Positions 10,428 through 21,648 of a stretch of 32,000 nt of DNA are shown here, one piece after another (within the stretch, counting starts at the first letter, position 1; the number at the start of each line of letters is the position of its first letter). The stretch is from Limnoraphis robusta BA-68 BA1 (GTDB taxonomy: Bacteria; Cyanobacteriota; Cyanobacteriia; Cyanobacteriales; Microcoleaceae). The position numbers and the translations under genes were made by a program. The notes beneath the pieces are model-generated. The model was not told the origin of the DNA. It saw only the letters and a program-made list of their open reading frames with translations, and made no database searches. The DNA lies in assembly GCF_034932365.1 (NCBI RefSeq), contig NZ_JAYGHR010000068.1, positions 179-32,178 of the forward strand, in the 5' to 3' direction.

Positions 10428-10925
10428 ATGACTAATCGAAAACCTCAGCTTTTTACGGTTGAACCTCTCAAAGGAGAGAGTCTCAGCCATTTTTTGGGCA
10501 GGTTTCAGAGGGAAAATTATCTCAAGCCTGCTCAACTGGGCAAATTAACGGGATTGGGGGCTACAATCTCCCGGTGGGAAAAACTTTATTTGAACCCTTT
10601 TCCTCAACCTCAAGAATTGGAAGCATTGGCGGCTATTGTTCAAGTTGAAGTTGACAGACTGATGCTGATGCTTCCCCATCGAGGGATGACCTTACAACCC
10701 AGACCGATTTTGTTGTGTGGCGCTTGCTACCAAGAAAACCCCTGTCATCAAATTGTCTGGCAGTCGAAAAATAAGTTTGGGTGCGATCGCCATCAACTGC
10801 GTTTATTATCGAAGTGTACCAACTGTGGAACCCCCTTTTCAATTCCTGCTCAATGGATACAAGGAGAGTGTCCCCACTGTTTCCTACCATTCACAACAAT
10901 GCTAAAATGTCAAAAGCACCTCTAA
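10428..10925 (+). CDS. tniQ: TniQ family target-selection protein (short V-K type)
   Basis: 165 aa. The N-terminus (EPLKGESLSHFLGRFQRENYL) and Cys-rich zinc-finger part (LCGACY, CHQIVWQ, CDRHQLRLLSKCTNCGTPF, CPHC) closely parallel ShCAST TniQ as I recall it. Confidence 0.88.
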   Translation: MTNRKPQLFTVEPLKGESLSHFLGRFQRENYLKPAQLGKLTGLGATISRWEKLYLNPFPQPQELEALAAIVQVEVDRLMLMLPHRGMTLQPRPILLCGACYQENPCHQIVWQSKNKFGCDRHQLRLLSKCTNCGTPFSIPAQWIQGECPHCFLPFTTMLKCQKHL

Positions 10926-11395
10926 ATACGGCTATGGACTCGACTACCGAAACGTTGGAAAACCCATATTCTCAGTTTCAAGCTGCCTGTTCCAAGATTT
11001 ACATCGAATTGGTTGACATGGAGTTGACAGTCCAAGCAATGGTATCAAGGTCTGAGTCCAGCGCACCTGAGTATGAAGTGATCGCACCGTCTGAGGTGTC
11101 CCAAGAAGCTCAAGAAGGGCTAAAACTTTACTACGATAACGGTGGCCAGAAGACCTGGGTTTTATCGGAAGCTTTAGCGAATGGTCAACCGATTACGAAT
11201 CAGCAAATTGACGAGATGGTATCATTTTTTAATGATGCGATCGCCAAAAGAAATCAACCCGAATGGAACGATATTAATGCTCCCTTTCAACCTTTGATTT
11301 GTTGGAAATTGATGGGAGGGGATTTTGGTAATCTTTGGTCAAGAACAACGAAGGAGTTGTATGTGAGTATCAAAAAGCAATTAAGTCAGCAATAG
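10907..11395 (+). CDS. Hypothetical acidic protein, first gene after tniQ
   Basis: ORF 10781..11395. The ATG at 10907 overlaps the tniQ stop (10923-10925) by 19 nt. No motif recognised. Confidence 0.5.
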   Translation: MSKAPLNTAMDSTTETLENPYSQFQAACSKIYIELVDMELTVQAMVSRSESSAPEYEVIAPSEVSQEAQEGLKLYYDNGGQKTWVLSEALANGQPITNQQIDEMVSFFNDAIAKRNQPEWNDINAPFQPLICWKLMGGDFGNLWSRTTKELYVSIKKQLSQQ

Positions 11396-11599
11396 TTTTA
11401 TCTTGAAAAAAGTGGCAGGGAGTTGTTAGAAAAACTTTTGATTTCGGAAAATTATTAAGCATCTAAATTAGATGCACTTGGAAAAGTAAAGCTGCAAAAT
11501 AAAACGGGTTTCGTCTTTCATTGAACACAACACCCGTTATAGGCGATGGGGGAATTTGCGTTGAGATACAGATACTTTAGCTGAAACCCTTGGCTTATC

Positions 11600-11633
11600 G
11601 ACTTCTGACTTCTGACTTCTGATTTCTGACTTC
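11600..11633. repeat. Heptamer tandem array (GACTTCT)n, about 5 units
   Basis: gacttctgacttctgacttctgatttctgacttc lies directly 3' of DGR target 2. It is in inverted orientation relative to the arrays at 12534-12705. Confidence 0.9.
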
Positions 11634-11645
11634 CGCGAAGCGGTA

Positions 11646-12530
11646 TTAAGTCCTGGGGGGGACACATACCACACGAAACCCGATAGTGAAGTTGGCGCTG
11701 GCGGGGTTATTGATCCTGCGGAACGCGGAGCGGCAGCGGCTTGGATTGAGATCCGAGGAGCCGCCACGAAGGACTCTTGTGTTATATGCAATATATGTAG
11801 TTTTTTTATTTTCTGACAACCACGCACGACCATCATCGGGTGCGCCTTCATAATTGTCGTGGAAATTATCTTCGCACCATTCCCAAACGTTGCCGTGCAT
11901 ATCGCACAAGCCAAAGGGATTCGCCACTTGGAAGTAGCCAACCGGAGTAGTTTGTTCTCGATCTTCTCCTTTGGGGCCTCTGCCGTAGGAACCGCTATAG
12001 ACGGTTTTGCCGCCAAATTCTTGATCCGTTCCACAATAGTTGGCCAGATCTGTGGTGATGGTTTCTCCAAAGTGAAAGGGTGTTGTGGTTCCGGCGCGAC
12101 AGGCGTATTCCCACTGGGCTTCGCTGGGCAGGCGGTAATCTCTGCCCGTTTTTTGACTCAATCGGGCGCAAAATTCTTTGGCATCAAACCAGGAGACTTG
12201 CTCAACTGGGCGACTCCAACGGTCGTAATTTTCGTAGGCATCTTTGAAGCGGGAGGGGTCGGGCTTGAGATCCCGTTCAATCTTTTCAGTAGTTTCAACA
12301 ACGGCTTTCCACTGACCCTGGGTGATAGGATAACGCCCCATAAAAAATTCTGAAATGGTAACTTCGTGTTGACGGCCTTCATCTTCGGAGCGTTCCAACT
12401 CATCCTCAGTCGAACCCATGAGAAACCTTCCTGCGGGAATTTTCATCATTGCCAGTTCAACATTATTACCCAACATTTCGACATAAAACTGGGCTTGTCC
12501 CGTTTGCTTGCGAATTGTTATTTTTGCCAT
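11646..12530 (-). CDS. Stand-alone FGE-sulfatase / C-type-lectin-fold protein, DGR target 2
   Basis: ORF 11646..12548, with the ATG at 12528-12530. Motifs: RFLMGS, HEVTISEFFMGRYPITQGQW, RLPSEAQWEYACRAG, HGNVWEWC, and C-terminal RGGS...GFRVVCVPPRT. It is paralogous to the C-terminus of ORF 14749..17682. Confidence 0.85.
   Translation of the reverse strand: MAKITIRKQTGQAQFYVEMLGNNVELAMMKIPAGRFLMGSTEDELERSEDEGRQHEVTISEFFMGRYPITQGQWKAVVETTEKIERDLKPDPSRFKDAYENYDRWSRPVEQVSWFDAKEFCARLSQKTGRDYRLPSEAQWEYACRAGTTTPFHFGETITTDLANYCGTDQEFGGKTVYSGSYGRGPKGEDREQTTPVGYFQVANPFGLCDMHGNVWEWCEDNFHDNYEGAPDDGRAWLSENKKTTYIAYNTRVLRGGSSDLNPSRCRSAFRRINNPASANFTIGFRVVCVPPRT
11649..11768 (-). other. DGR variable region VR2
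   Basis: The last ~40 codons of target 2. It aligns colinearly with 14752-14871, with identical anchors (cacgaaaccc, gcggagcggcag, ggagccgccacg) and clustered substitutions between them. Confidence 0.75.
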
Positions 12531-12533
12531 TTT

Positions 12534-12754
12534 GAAGTCAGAAGTCAATTTTGAAGTCAGAAGTCAGAAGTCAGAAGTCAGAAGTTAAGAGTTAAGCTGT
12601 TACACATCTAAAATTACACGACACCCAACACCCGTTTGAAGTCAGAAGTCAGAAGTCAGAAGTCAGAAGTCAGAAGTCAGAAGTCAGAAGTCAGAAGTCA
12701 GAAGTTAAGAGTTAAGCTGTTACACATCTAAAATTACACGACACCCAACACCCG
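12534..12754. repeat. (AGAAGTC)n heptamer arrays within a 120-bp tandem duplication
   Basis: Heptamer tracts at 12534-12547, 12553-12585 and 12638-12705. The 54-bp unique part gaagttaagagttaagctgttacacatctaaaattacacgacacccaacacccg is identical at 12581-12634 and 12701-12754. The array starts 3 nt upstream of the target-2 ATG. Confidence 0.9.
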
Positions 12755-12814
12755 ACACCGATCTCTACAATGCAGTTTAAATGCACAACAGCTTAGGAGT
12801 CAGAAGTTCTAGAT

Positions 12815-13208
12815 TTATTCTTTGAGTTTTTTGAGAGTTGTCACTAATATTTTAATGATTTCTTCGGTTTCTTGGGTCAGTCCTTTGAACTTTTCTAATG
12901 ATACCAGTTCTGCTTCTACGATAACTTCCAGCCAGAATCGCGTTTCTCTTGCTTCCTTAAGAGCAATTTCATATTTACTAATAAAATCTCTTTTAGATTG
13001 AGCGGACTGAGCTTCACTGCAACTTGTTGATTACTCACACCATCCGCCAACATTAATCTTTCTCCCTAATTCTATCTCATTACTTCTGACTTCTGACTTC
13101 TGACTTCTGACTTCATCTAGATTGTCCTTCTAACCAAGTGCAAGCTTTGACTATTCTAACCGCAAACTTTTTGGTTCTTTCCTGAATAGAAACTTGTTGA
13201 TTACTCAC
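12815..13208 (-). pseudogene. Disrupted four-helix-bundle (Avd-like / 23S rRNA IVS-like) protein gene
   Basis: The minus strand encodes an N-terminal piece from GTG 13208 (MSNQQVSIQERTKKFAVRIVKACTWLEGQSR). The 95-bp repeat copy at 13021-13115 follows. Then comes a C-terminal piece in another frame (SEAQSAQSKRDFISKYEIALKEARETRFWLEVIVEAEL...KKLKE, stop at 12815-12817). About 20 central residues of the family pattern are missing. Confidence 0.6.
13021..13115. repeat. 95-bp direct repeat, copy 2 (contains a GACTTCT heptamer tract)
   Basis: aacttgttgattactcacaccatccgccaacattaatctttctccctaattctatctcattacttctgacttctgacttctgacttctgacttca. It differs from 13191-13285 at 3 of 95 positions. Confidence 0.9.
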
Positions 13209-13285
13209 ACTATCCGCCAACATTAATCTTTTTCCCCAATTCTATCTCATTACTTCTGACTTCTGACTTCTGACTTCTGACTTCA
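13191..13285. repeat. 95-bp direct repeat, copy 1 (forms the 3' end of the RT ORF)
   Basis: Same unit as 13021-13115, offset by 170 bp. It encodes the RT tail [24 protein letters not shown] and contains the RT stop (13210-12). Confidence 0.9.
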
Positions 13286-14313
13286 ATTGAGTTTCGGAGT
13301 TTGTGGGTGTCGCCGTGACGCAGGTGCGCCTCCCAACTTTGCATTCGCTGTTTTAATTTTTCCAGGGTAAGAGAACCCCGTTTGTACTCTTTCTGCATGG
13401 TTTTTAGCCTCAGCCTCCCCCGTCTCAAGTTATCGTTGCGAACCCGAATTTTCTCGGGAAATACTCTAAATCCCACGAAGTTTGCCCCGATGCGCGTTTC
13501 AAACAGTTGGCTTTTTATAGGATGAATTTTCAAGCGCAAACTTGCCAGATTTTCTTCGATTTTTTGTCGGGCTTCTGCTAACATTTCGCGATCGCCTGCA
13601 AAGAGCGCAAAGTCATCAACATACCTCAAATATTTCTGAACGCGCAGTTTTTCTTTTACAAAATGGTCGAAGCTATCGAGGTAGAAATTTGCTAAGAACT
13701 GACTGGTTAAATTTCCGATGGGCAAGCCTTTTCGTCGCACTACCGGAGTTAGCAAATCATCCCCCGGAAAATACTCGATTACGGGGTCTTGGGGGTTGCT
13801 ACCATCAATTATAGTATCGATTAGCCACAGGGTATCTTTACACTTGATTTTGCGCCGGATTTGGGCTTTGAGTATTTCGTGGTCTATGCTGGGAAAGTAT
13901 TTGCGAATGTCGCACTGCAATACATAGCTGCTGGAACGGGCAAATTGGGTGAAGCGTTGCAGCGCTCGGTGGGAACCGTAGCCTACTCGGTTGGCGTAGC
14001 TATCCCGAATAAATGACCGCTCTATCCGGGGGACGATAACGTTGCAGAGGGCGTGGTGAACAACCCGATCTCGGTAGGGTGCGGCCGAAATTAACCGGGG
14101 TTTGGGGTCGTAGATTTCAAAGGTTTTGTAGGCTCCGGGGCGGTAGGTTTTGTCTGTTAATTCGGTTTGGAGTTGAAATAAATTTGGCTCCAGGTTATAG
14201 TTGAATTCCAGTACGTTTTCTCGATATCGTTTGCCTTTTTGGGCGAGACGGGCGGCTAAATTTAAGTTCTCCCAGGCGAGAATTTCTGACCAAAGGTTTC
14301 CGTACCGCTTCAT
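13210..14313 (-). CDS. DGR-type reverse transcriptase
   Basis: 367 aa. RT motifs: [18 protein letters not shown]; [14 protein letters not shown] (the SQ motif I associate with DGR RTs); and the YVDDFALF catalytic box. It lies 9 bp downstream of an Avd-like gene and next to VR-bearing targets. Confidence 0.88.
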   Translation of the reverse strand: MKRYGNLWSEILAWENLNLAARLAQKGKRYRENVLEFNYNLEPNLFQLQTELTDKTYRPGAYKTFEIYDPKPRLISAAPYRDRVVHHALCNVIVPRIERSFIRDSYANRVGYGSHRALQRFTQFARSSSYVLQCDIRKYFPSIDHEILKAQIRRKIKCKDTLWLIDTIIDGSNPQDPVIEYFPGDDLLTPVVRRKGLPIGNLTSQFLANFYLDSFDHFVKEKLRVQKYLRYVDDFALFAGDREMLAEARQKIEENLASLRLKIHPIKSQLFETRIGANFVGFRVFPEKIRVRNDNLRRGRLRLKTMQKEYKRGSLTLEKLKQRMQSWEAHLRHGDTHKLRNSIEVRSQKSEVRSNEIELGKKINVGG

Positions 14314-14322
14314 CCTATCTGT

Positions 14323-14661
14323 TTACCCCCTCTGCTGCTTGATCCATCCGCCTAGATCGTACCCTATTGCGCCGATTTGTTTGTTGATATATTCATAACG
14401 CTGTCCGGAAATGAGTTGAAAATCGTACAGCAAACGGGTTTGATATCGGATTATATCGAGTTGAATGTTAATACTTTCCAGGTGTTCTAATTTTTCTCCC
14501 CTGCTGAACCGGGCGCGAATTAATTTTTCCAGCAATTCATAGAGGTTGTTGATGATGCGATCGCCCAAACTAAATCGGTGATCCCTCGGCAAGCGATTCA
14601 AAATCGGAACGTACCACTTGATTAAATCATAGGTCTTCTGAATAATGGGCAGTTCGTTCAT
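14323..14661 (-). CDS. avd: DGR accessory variability determinant (Avd, four-helix-bundle protein)
   Basis: 112 aa. The N-terminus is IIQKTYDLIKWYVPILNRLPRDHRFSLGDRI. Its position between the VR-bearing target and the RT is the canonical DGR arrangement. Confidence 0.8.
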   Translation of the reverse strand: MNELPIIQKTYDLIKWYVPILNRLPRDHRFSLGDRIINNLYELLEKLIRARFSRGEKLEHLESINIQLDIIRYQTRLLYDFQLISGQRYEYINKQIGAIGYDLGGWIKQQRG

Positions 14662-14748
14662 ATTTTTTAACTTGAACTAAACATCAATATCTCCTCAAAT
14701 TTTCGACTCGCCAAAGGCGAGCATCCCGGAGGGCAAGAGGGCAAAGGG

Positions 14749-17674
<2,926 letters not shown>

Positions 17675-17682
<8 letters not shown>

Positions 17683-18724
17683 CTTCTTCTGTCTGACCTA
17701 AATCTTTAAGAAGTTGTTTGATCAGTCCATCTTTTGTAGATACTCGTCCTTTTGTTACCATAAATAGGGCATTAAGAAGTTGATCGTTTGCCAATGTTTC
17801 TGTTTTCCGATTTTCTATAAATTGGTCAACTAGGGCATCGAGATCTTGATCGGTTAATTTTTCAGAATTTTCTGCAATACCAATCTCCTTCCCTAACTGA
17901 GCCGCAATAATTTTAACTAAATGCGGTTTTTCAGGTTCTTTCATTGTTAAACGCAAACATCGTCTCAAAAACGGTGGCGGAAAATCTCGCTCTCCATTAC
18001 TGGTTAAAAGCACAAAAGGAAAGGCGGTGCAGAATATGCGTCCTTCAGAAATATCTGCACTAATATCGGCAGTGTAAGCCGTGCGGACTGAGGCGGTTTT
18101 TACTTCTTTTTTTATTCTCACAAGTTCGGGAATTTTAAAGCTTCCTTCTTCAAAAATAGTTAAAAGATCGTTGGGGAGATCAATGTCACTTTTATCAATT
18201 TCATCAATCAACAAAACGCGGGGTTTGTCCGAAGGCAGCAAAGCCGTTCCTAAAGGCCCCAAAGTAATATAATTTTCAATACTTCTGAGTTGCTCTTTGA
18301 ATCGTTTTTTTCGTTCATCAGGCGAAAGTTGTGAAAAGTTCGGGGGTTGCTGTTCCTTCTCTTCTTGTAATCGTTGTAGTCTGGCGATCGCATCGTAGTT
18401 GTACAGTCCATCTTTTAGCGTTGTTCGAGTTGTAATCGGCCAATACAAGACTTCTCCTAGTTTTAACTCTTTTGCCACTGCATAAGCTAACGAGGATTTC
18501 CCTGTCCCCGGTCTTCCCGTAACTAATAATGGTCGCCGCAAGTACAAAGCCGCATTCACCATTTGAATTTCTTCCTCTCTGGCTTGGAAGGTTTCTCCTC
18601 TGATTTCGCGCCGACTTTCTCCCGAAGTGATATCTTGACCGAATGGCCGCCAATTCGGAGGCTCTGGTAATTTCCAATTATCGTGAGGTTCGCTATTTCC
18701 GGTAAAAATTTTCCAATCATTCAT
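17675..18724 (-). CDS. MoxR-like AAA+ ATPase
   Basis: 349 aa. Walker A is VTGRPGTGKSSLAYAVA and Walker B is VLLIDEIDKSD. It lies between the VMAP-like and vWA-like genes. Confidence 0.8.
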
Positions 18725-18733
18725 AGCAATTTA

Positions 18734-20089
18734 TCATAACTTGTTTTCAGTCAAAGCTTGTTCTGGTGGTATTATATTGGGGTCATCCCAAAGCAAACAC
18801 AAATGACGACCAATATGATTTTCAGGGGGTTCACAATCCATAGCTTCTACTCTTTTTGATTTTACTTGGTTTGGTAGTGACTGTAGATAGCTATCTTTAA
18901 GAAGTTCATCTAGGACTGTCTGGTTGTTAATCTGAGGGAGTTGTTGTCGAATCCATAAGGCTAAAGGAACTGCTTTTCGCCAAAGTAAAGTTCCCGGCTC
19001 TTTTCCCTGAAAAACTGTTGTTATTTTTATAGCGATCGCTTGTTGATCTTGTGTGACTTTCTTTTGTAAGCTTCTGCAATTTACGCTATCTCCCAAAATA
19101 AAAATTTCCTCGGCAGGTTGAGCTAATTTAGACTTCAAAATCTCTCTTTTTTGATACCACCTAACCCTAGCTGGAGTATTGCCTTTTAATCTTTCTGAAC
19201 ACCGCAACAAAACTTCGTAATCTTCACCAATTGTTGTCATGTAGTCTTCGTCTTCATCCTCTTGCCAACTTTCCCACCAGTCAACCGCATGATTCATCAG
19301 TTTTGCAGGTAAAAAAATATGAATTTGTTCGAGGTCTTTTGAACACTCCTCTAAACTTTGAGAAATTAAATCTTTTAACAGTGCCGGGATATTTTTTAAC
19401 GCTTCATCTGTTTGTATTGTATTATCTTGGTTGTTGAATTTAAGTCGTTTATAATTAGATGAGGATTTTTTAACATTGTAGTTCAACCAGGCTTCAACAC
19501 TATAGCTTCCTTCCAGCTCTTGAATTACAATAAAAAGACCCGGAACATATTCCTCCTCTTGTTGTTGTTCTCGCTTTAATTGTTCAAGTAATTTATTACA
19601 TTCTTCGATATTATTTTCTATCCACCTACTTAAGTCTTGTTTGAGTTTACAATTTATCTTTGGATTTAAAAATAAGTGACCGATAAATTTTTCTATACAA
19701 GTGTAATTTTCTTCCTGGCGAGGCAATTGTAAACTGTTAATCAACTCTTTTAATGATGCAGGTGATTCCGGATCAATTAAATATTTAGGTAAAGATAATC
19801 TATAGGCTTTTTTAATTTGATATTTTTCTTGATCATAGTAAGGTTCGATATTTTTTATGACCTCCTCTATGCTAAAATTTTGACTTTGTTTGTTTAGGTC
19901 TTCAAGCTCTTTCTCTATTCTATTTATATCTTCGCCTAATTCCTCTAATTGAGCTTCGAGACTATTTCTTTCTGCTGGATTCGTTTCTCTCCTATATTTG
20001 CGAGCAACATCTTCATAATCTTGTCTACGAGCTTCTAACTCGGCTTCCAAACTTTTTTTTTGAAGTCTGATATATAATAATTCCTTCAT
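18734..20089 (-). CDS. VMAP-like (vWA-MoxR-associated) protein with an N-terminal coiled-coil adaptor module
   Basis: 451 aa. The N-terminal ~60 aa coiled coil is nearly identical to the CHAT C-terminus. The C-terminal half (IHIFLPAKLMNHAVDWWE, VLLRCSERL, ALWIRQQ) resembles the VMAP-C pattern as I recall it. The call rests mainly on gene context. Confidence 0.5.
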   Translation of the reverse strand: MKELLYIRLQKKSLEAELEARRQDYEDVARKYRRETNPAERNSLEAQLEELGEDINRIEKELEDLNKQSQNFSIEEVIKNIEPYYDQEKYQIKKAYRLSLPKYLIDPESPASLKELINSLQLPRQEENYTCIEKFIGHLFLNPKINCKLKQDLSRWIENNIEECNKLLEQLKREQQQEEEYVPGLFIVIQELEGSYSVEAWLNYNVKKSSSNYKRLKFNNQDNTIQTDEALKNIPALLKDLISQSLEECSKDLEQIHIFLPAKLMNHAVDWWESWQEDEDEDYMTTIGEDYEVLLRCSERLKGNTPARVRWYQKREILKSKLAQPAEEIFILGDSVNCRSLQKKVTQDQQAIAIKITTVFQGKEPGTLLWRKAVPLALWIRQQLPQINNQTVLDELLKDSYLQSLPNQVKSKRVEAMDCEPPENHIGRHLCLLWDDPNIIPPEQALTENKL

Positions 20090-20266
20090 TACATGAACTG
20101 ATTTAACTCTTTTTCAATCCGCTCAAGATCTTCGCCTAATTCCTCTAATTGAGCTTTGAGGCTATTTTTTTCTGCTGGATTTGTTTCTCTCCTATATTTG
20201 CGATTAACACCTTCATAATCTTGTCTACGAGCTTCTAACTCGGCTTCCAAGCTTTCTTTTTGAAGC
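19928..20266. repeat. Two 139-bp direct repeat copies (19928-20066 and 20128-20266), about 93% identical, offset exactly 200 bp
   Basis: atcttcgcctaattcctctaattgagctt...ttgtctacgagcttctaactcggcttccaa occurs in both copies. They encode the VMAP N-terminus and the CHAT C-terminus. Confidence 0.9.
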
Positions 20267-21633
20267 TGCTGCGCCAAAGTTAAGGATTTGGAAAAATTGG
20301 AACTTTTTGGAACCTCAGTCTTTTTTGATCCTTCCTCTTCTGAATGAGCAAAAAGTTGTCCTCCTTCATTATCCTGCCAACGCAAATATAATACCGGACG
20401 ATACCACTGGTTTCCTTCAATTCCGATTGCACTCTGTCCATGTTTTAATGCAACCGCCAACGGTTTTTTTTCTCCAAGAGAGCGGTAAAAATATTCGGAA
20501 AAAGCACAAGCAGCATCTACACGAATAGAATACTGCATGGCGACAACTGCCGGAATACCTTGACCAATCAGATTTTGTGCCACCCCATTGAAAACACTCT
20601 CACTCGAACGAGACATCCCACTTCTGCAAGCACTGAGAACGATCAAAGCTATTCCCGGTTCTGAGTTGGGTTGTTCTCGACGTTGCGAATTTCCTAGCAG
20701 TTCGCCCAGTTCTTTAGCACTTACAAAGTCAGCCGTTCCATCGGTTTGTTCAAAAACCAAATAACCTTGGGGGTGTCCCAAAGCAGCACCGCATTCGCAC
20801 TGAGTTTTATTCTGTTTATAGGCTTTCCTGCACCGAGGTTCGTTACAGCGCTTACCCCAAAAACCGTGACCATCAAAATGCAAGATATGAGGATTTTGTT
20901 GATTTTGGCATTCGAGCAACCGAGTTCGCAGCGTGTTGAGAGTGGGAGGATTTAGAGTTTCTAATTTAACTTTTTCTTGCTCTTGAGCTTTTTGCAATCC
21001 ACGAATAATTGCTTCTTTTTCCCCGGAAGATAAAGGGTTTAGGTTCAGCCTTTCATCCCCAGCACCCGACGAAATTAACAATATATTTGGTCGTTCAACG
21101 GGGGGTAAGTTGGGGCGAGGACTGCCATAGGCAATATAGCGGGAAAAAGTTGTTCCTTGATGTGCTAAAAAGCCATAATCATTGTGAAGTAACTCCCAAG
21201 GATAATCGGTTAACGGAAGATATTTAGGGCCATCTTCGGGAAAATTAAACTGAATATGCAGCCAAGTATTACTGCGTTTAGCTTCTGCGACTGCGGTTTC
21301 CATGCGGTTCTGAATCTTTTGACCCAGTTTTTCGTAAAGTCTACGTCCTATCACCTCCAGATAGTTGGGCTTAAAATTGGTTTTATCTTTGAGTAAAAGC
21401 TTCTCATTGATTAACCAATTTTGCTCGGATTCATCAAAATTATCCGGTTTAAAATCGGTCAATTCTAATATCTTAGTAATTGTGAAACGCCTGTCTTTAA
21501 TTTCCGAGCTTTCATTCTCAAAAAAAGGTAGAGATGGTTCGTAATGAGCTTCCCCGGATGAACCTTCTACAGTAACTTTGAAACGGTGTGGGTTTCCTTC
21601 AATTGGATAGAACCTCACTTGCAGCAGCTTCAT
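20089..21633 (-). CDS. CHAT-domain (caspase-like) protease with a C-terminal coiled-coil adaptor module
   Basis: 514 aa. Catalytic dyad context: ILHFDGHGFWG (His) and ALIVLSACRSGM (Cys). The stop overlaps the VMAP start by 1 nt (TAATG). Confidence 0.8.
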   Translation of the reverse strand: MKLLQVRFYPIEGNPHRFKVTVEGSSGEAHYEPSLPFFENESSEIKDRRFTITKILELTDFKPDNFDESEQNWLINEKLLLKDKTNFKPNYLEVIGRRLYEKLGQKIQNRMETAVAEAKRSNTWLHIQFNFPEDGPKYLPLTDYPWELLHNDYGFLAHQGTTFSRYIAYGSPRPNLPPVERPNILLISSGAGDERLNLNPLSSGEKEAIIRGLQKAQEQEKVKLETLNPPTLNTLRTRLLECQNQQNPHILHFDGHGFWGKRCNEPRCRKAYKQNKTQCECGAALGHPQGYLVFEQTDGTADFVSAKELGELLGNSQRREQPNSEPGIALIVLSACRSGMSRSSESVFNGVAQNLIGQGIPAVVAMQYSIRVDAACAFSEYFYRSLGEKKPLAVALKHGQSAIGIEGNQWYRPVLYLRWQDNEGGQLFAHSEEEGSKKTEVPKSSNFSKSLTLAQQLQKESLEAELEARRQDYEGVNRKYRRETNPAEKNSLKAQLEELGEDLERIEKELNQFM

Positions 21634-21648
21634 TTATCTGTTCCCCAA

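Noticed and set aside
11649-11768. VR2 might itself be the DGR template repeat
   Set aside because: It is in-frame coding sequence of an intact target gene. At sites where the two copies differ, neither copy consistently carries A on the coding strand. Both appear to derive from a third, A-rich template.
11537-12403. Alternative-frame ORFs 11537..12070, 11859..12353 and 12158..12403
   Set aside because: They lie entirely inside or antisense to the well-supported FGE-sulfatase gene. They have low-complexity Ala/Pro/Ser-rich translations typical of off-frame reading of this domain.
12531-13286. Repetitive region that could be mistaken for a CRISPR array belonging to the CAST
   Set aside because: The repeats are tandem 7-mers plus 120-bp and 170-bp period duplications of whole segments. 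There are no 25-40-bp repeats alternating with unique spacers, and no adjacent cas12k or tracrRNA-like sequence.
13210-14313. The RT could be a group II intron or retron reverse transcriptase
   Set aside because: It is preceded by an Avd-type four-helix-bundle gene and flanked by VR-bearing CLec/FGE-fold targets, and it carries the IGNLTSQ motif. It has no maturase or endonuclease extension, and I saw no intron-like or msr/msd-like structured flanks.
18081-18677. ORFs 18081..18272 and 18318..18677
   Set aside because: They are embedded in the MoxR-like ATPase gene in other frames, and the ATPase frame carries clear Walker motifs.
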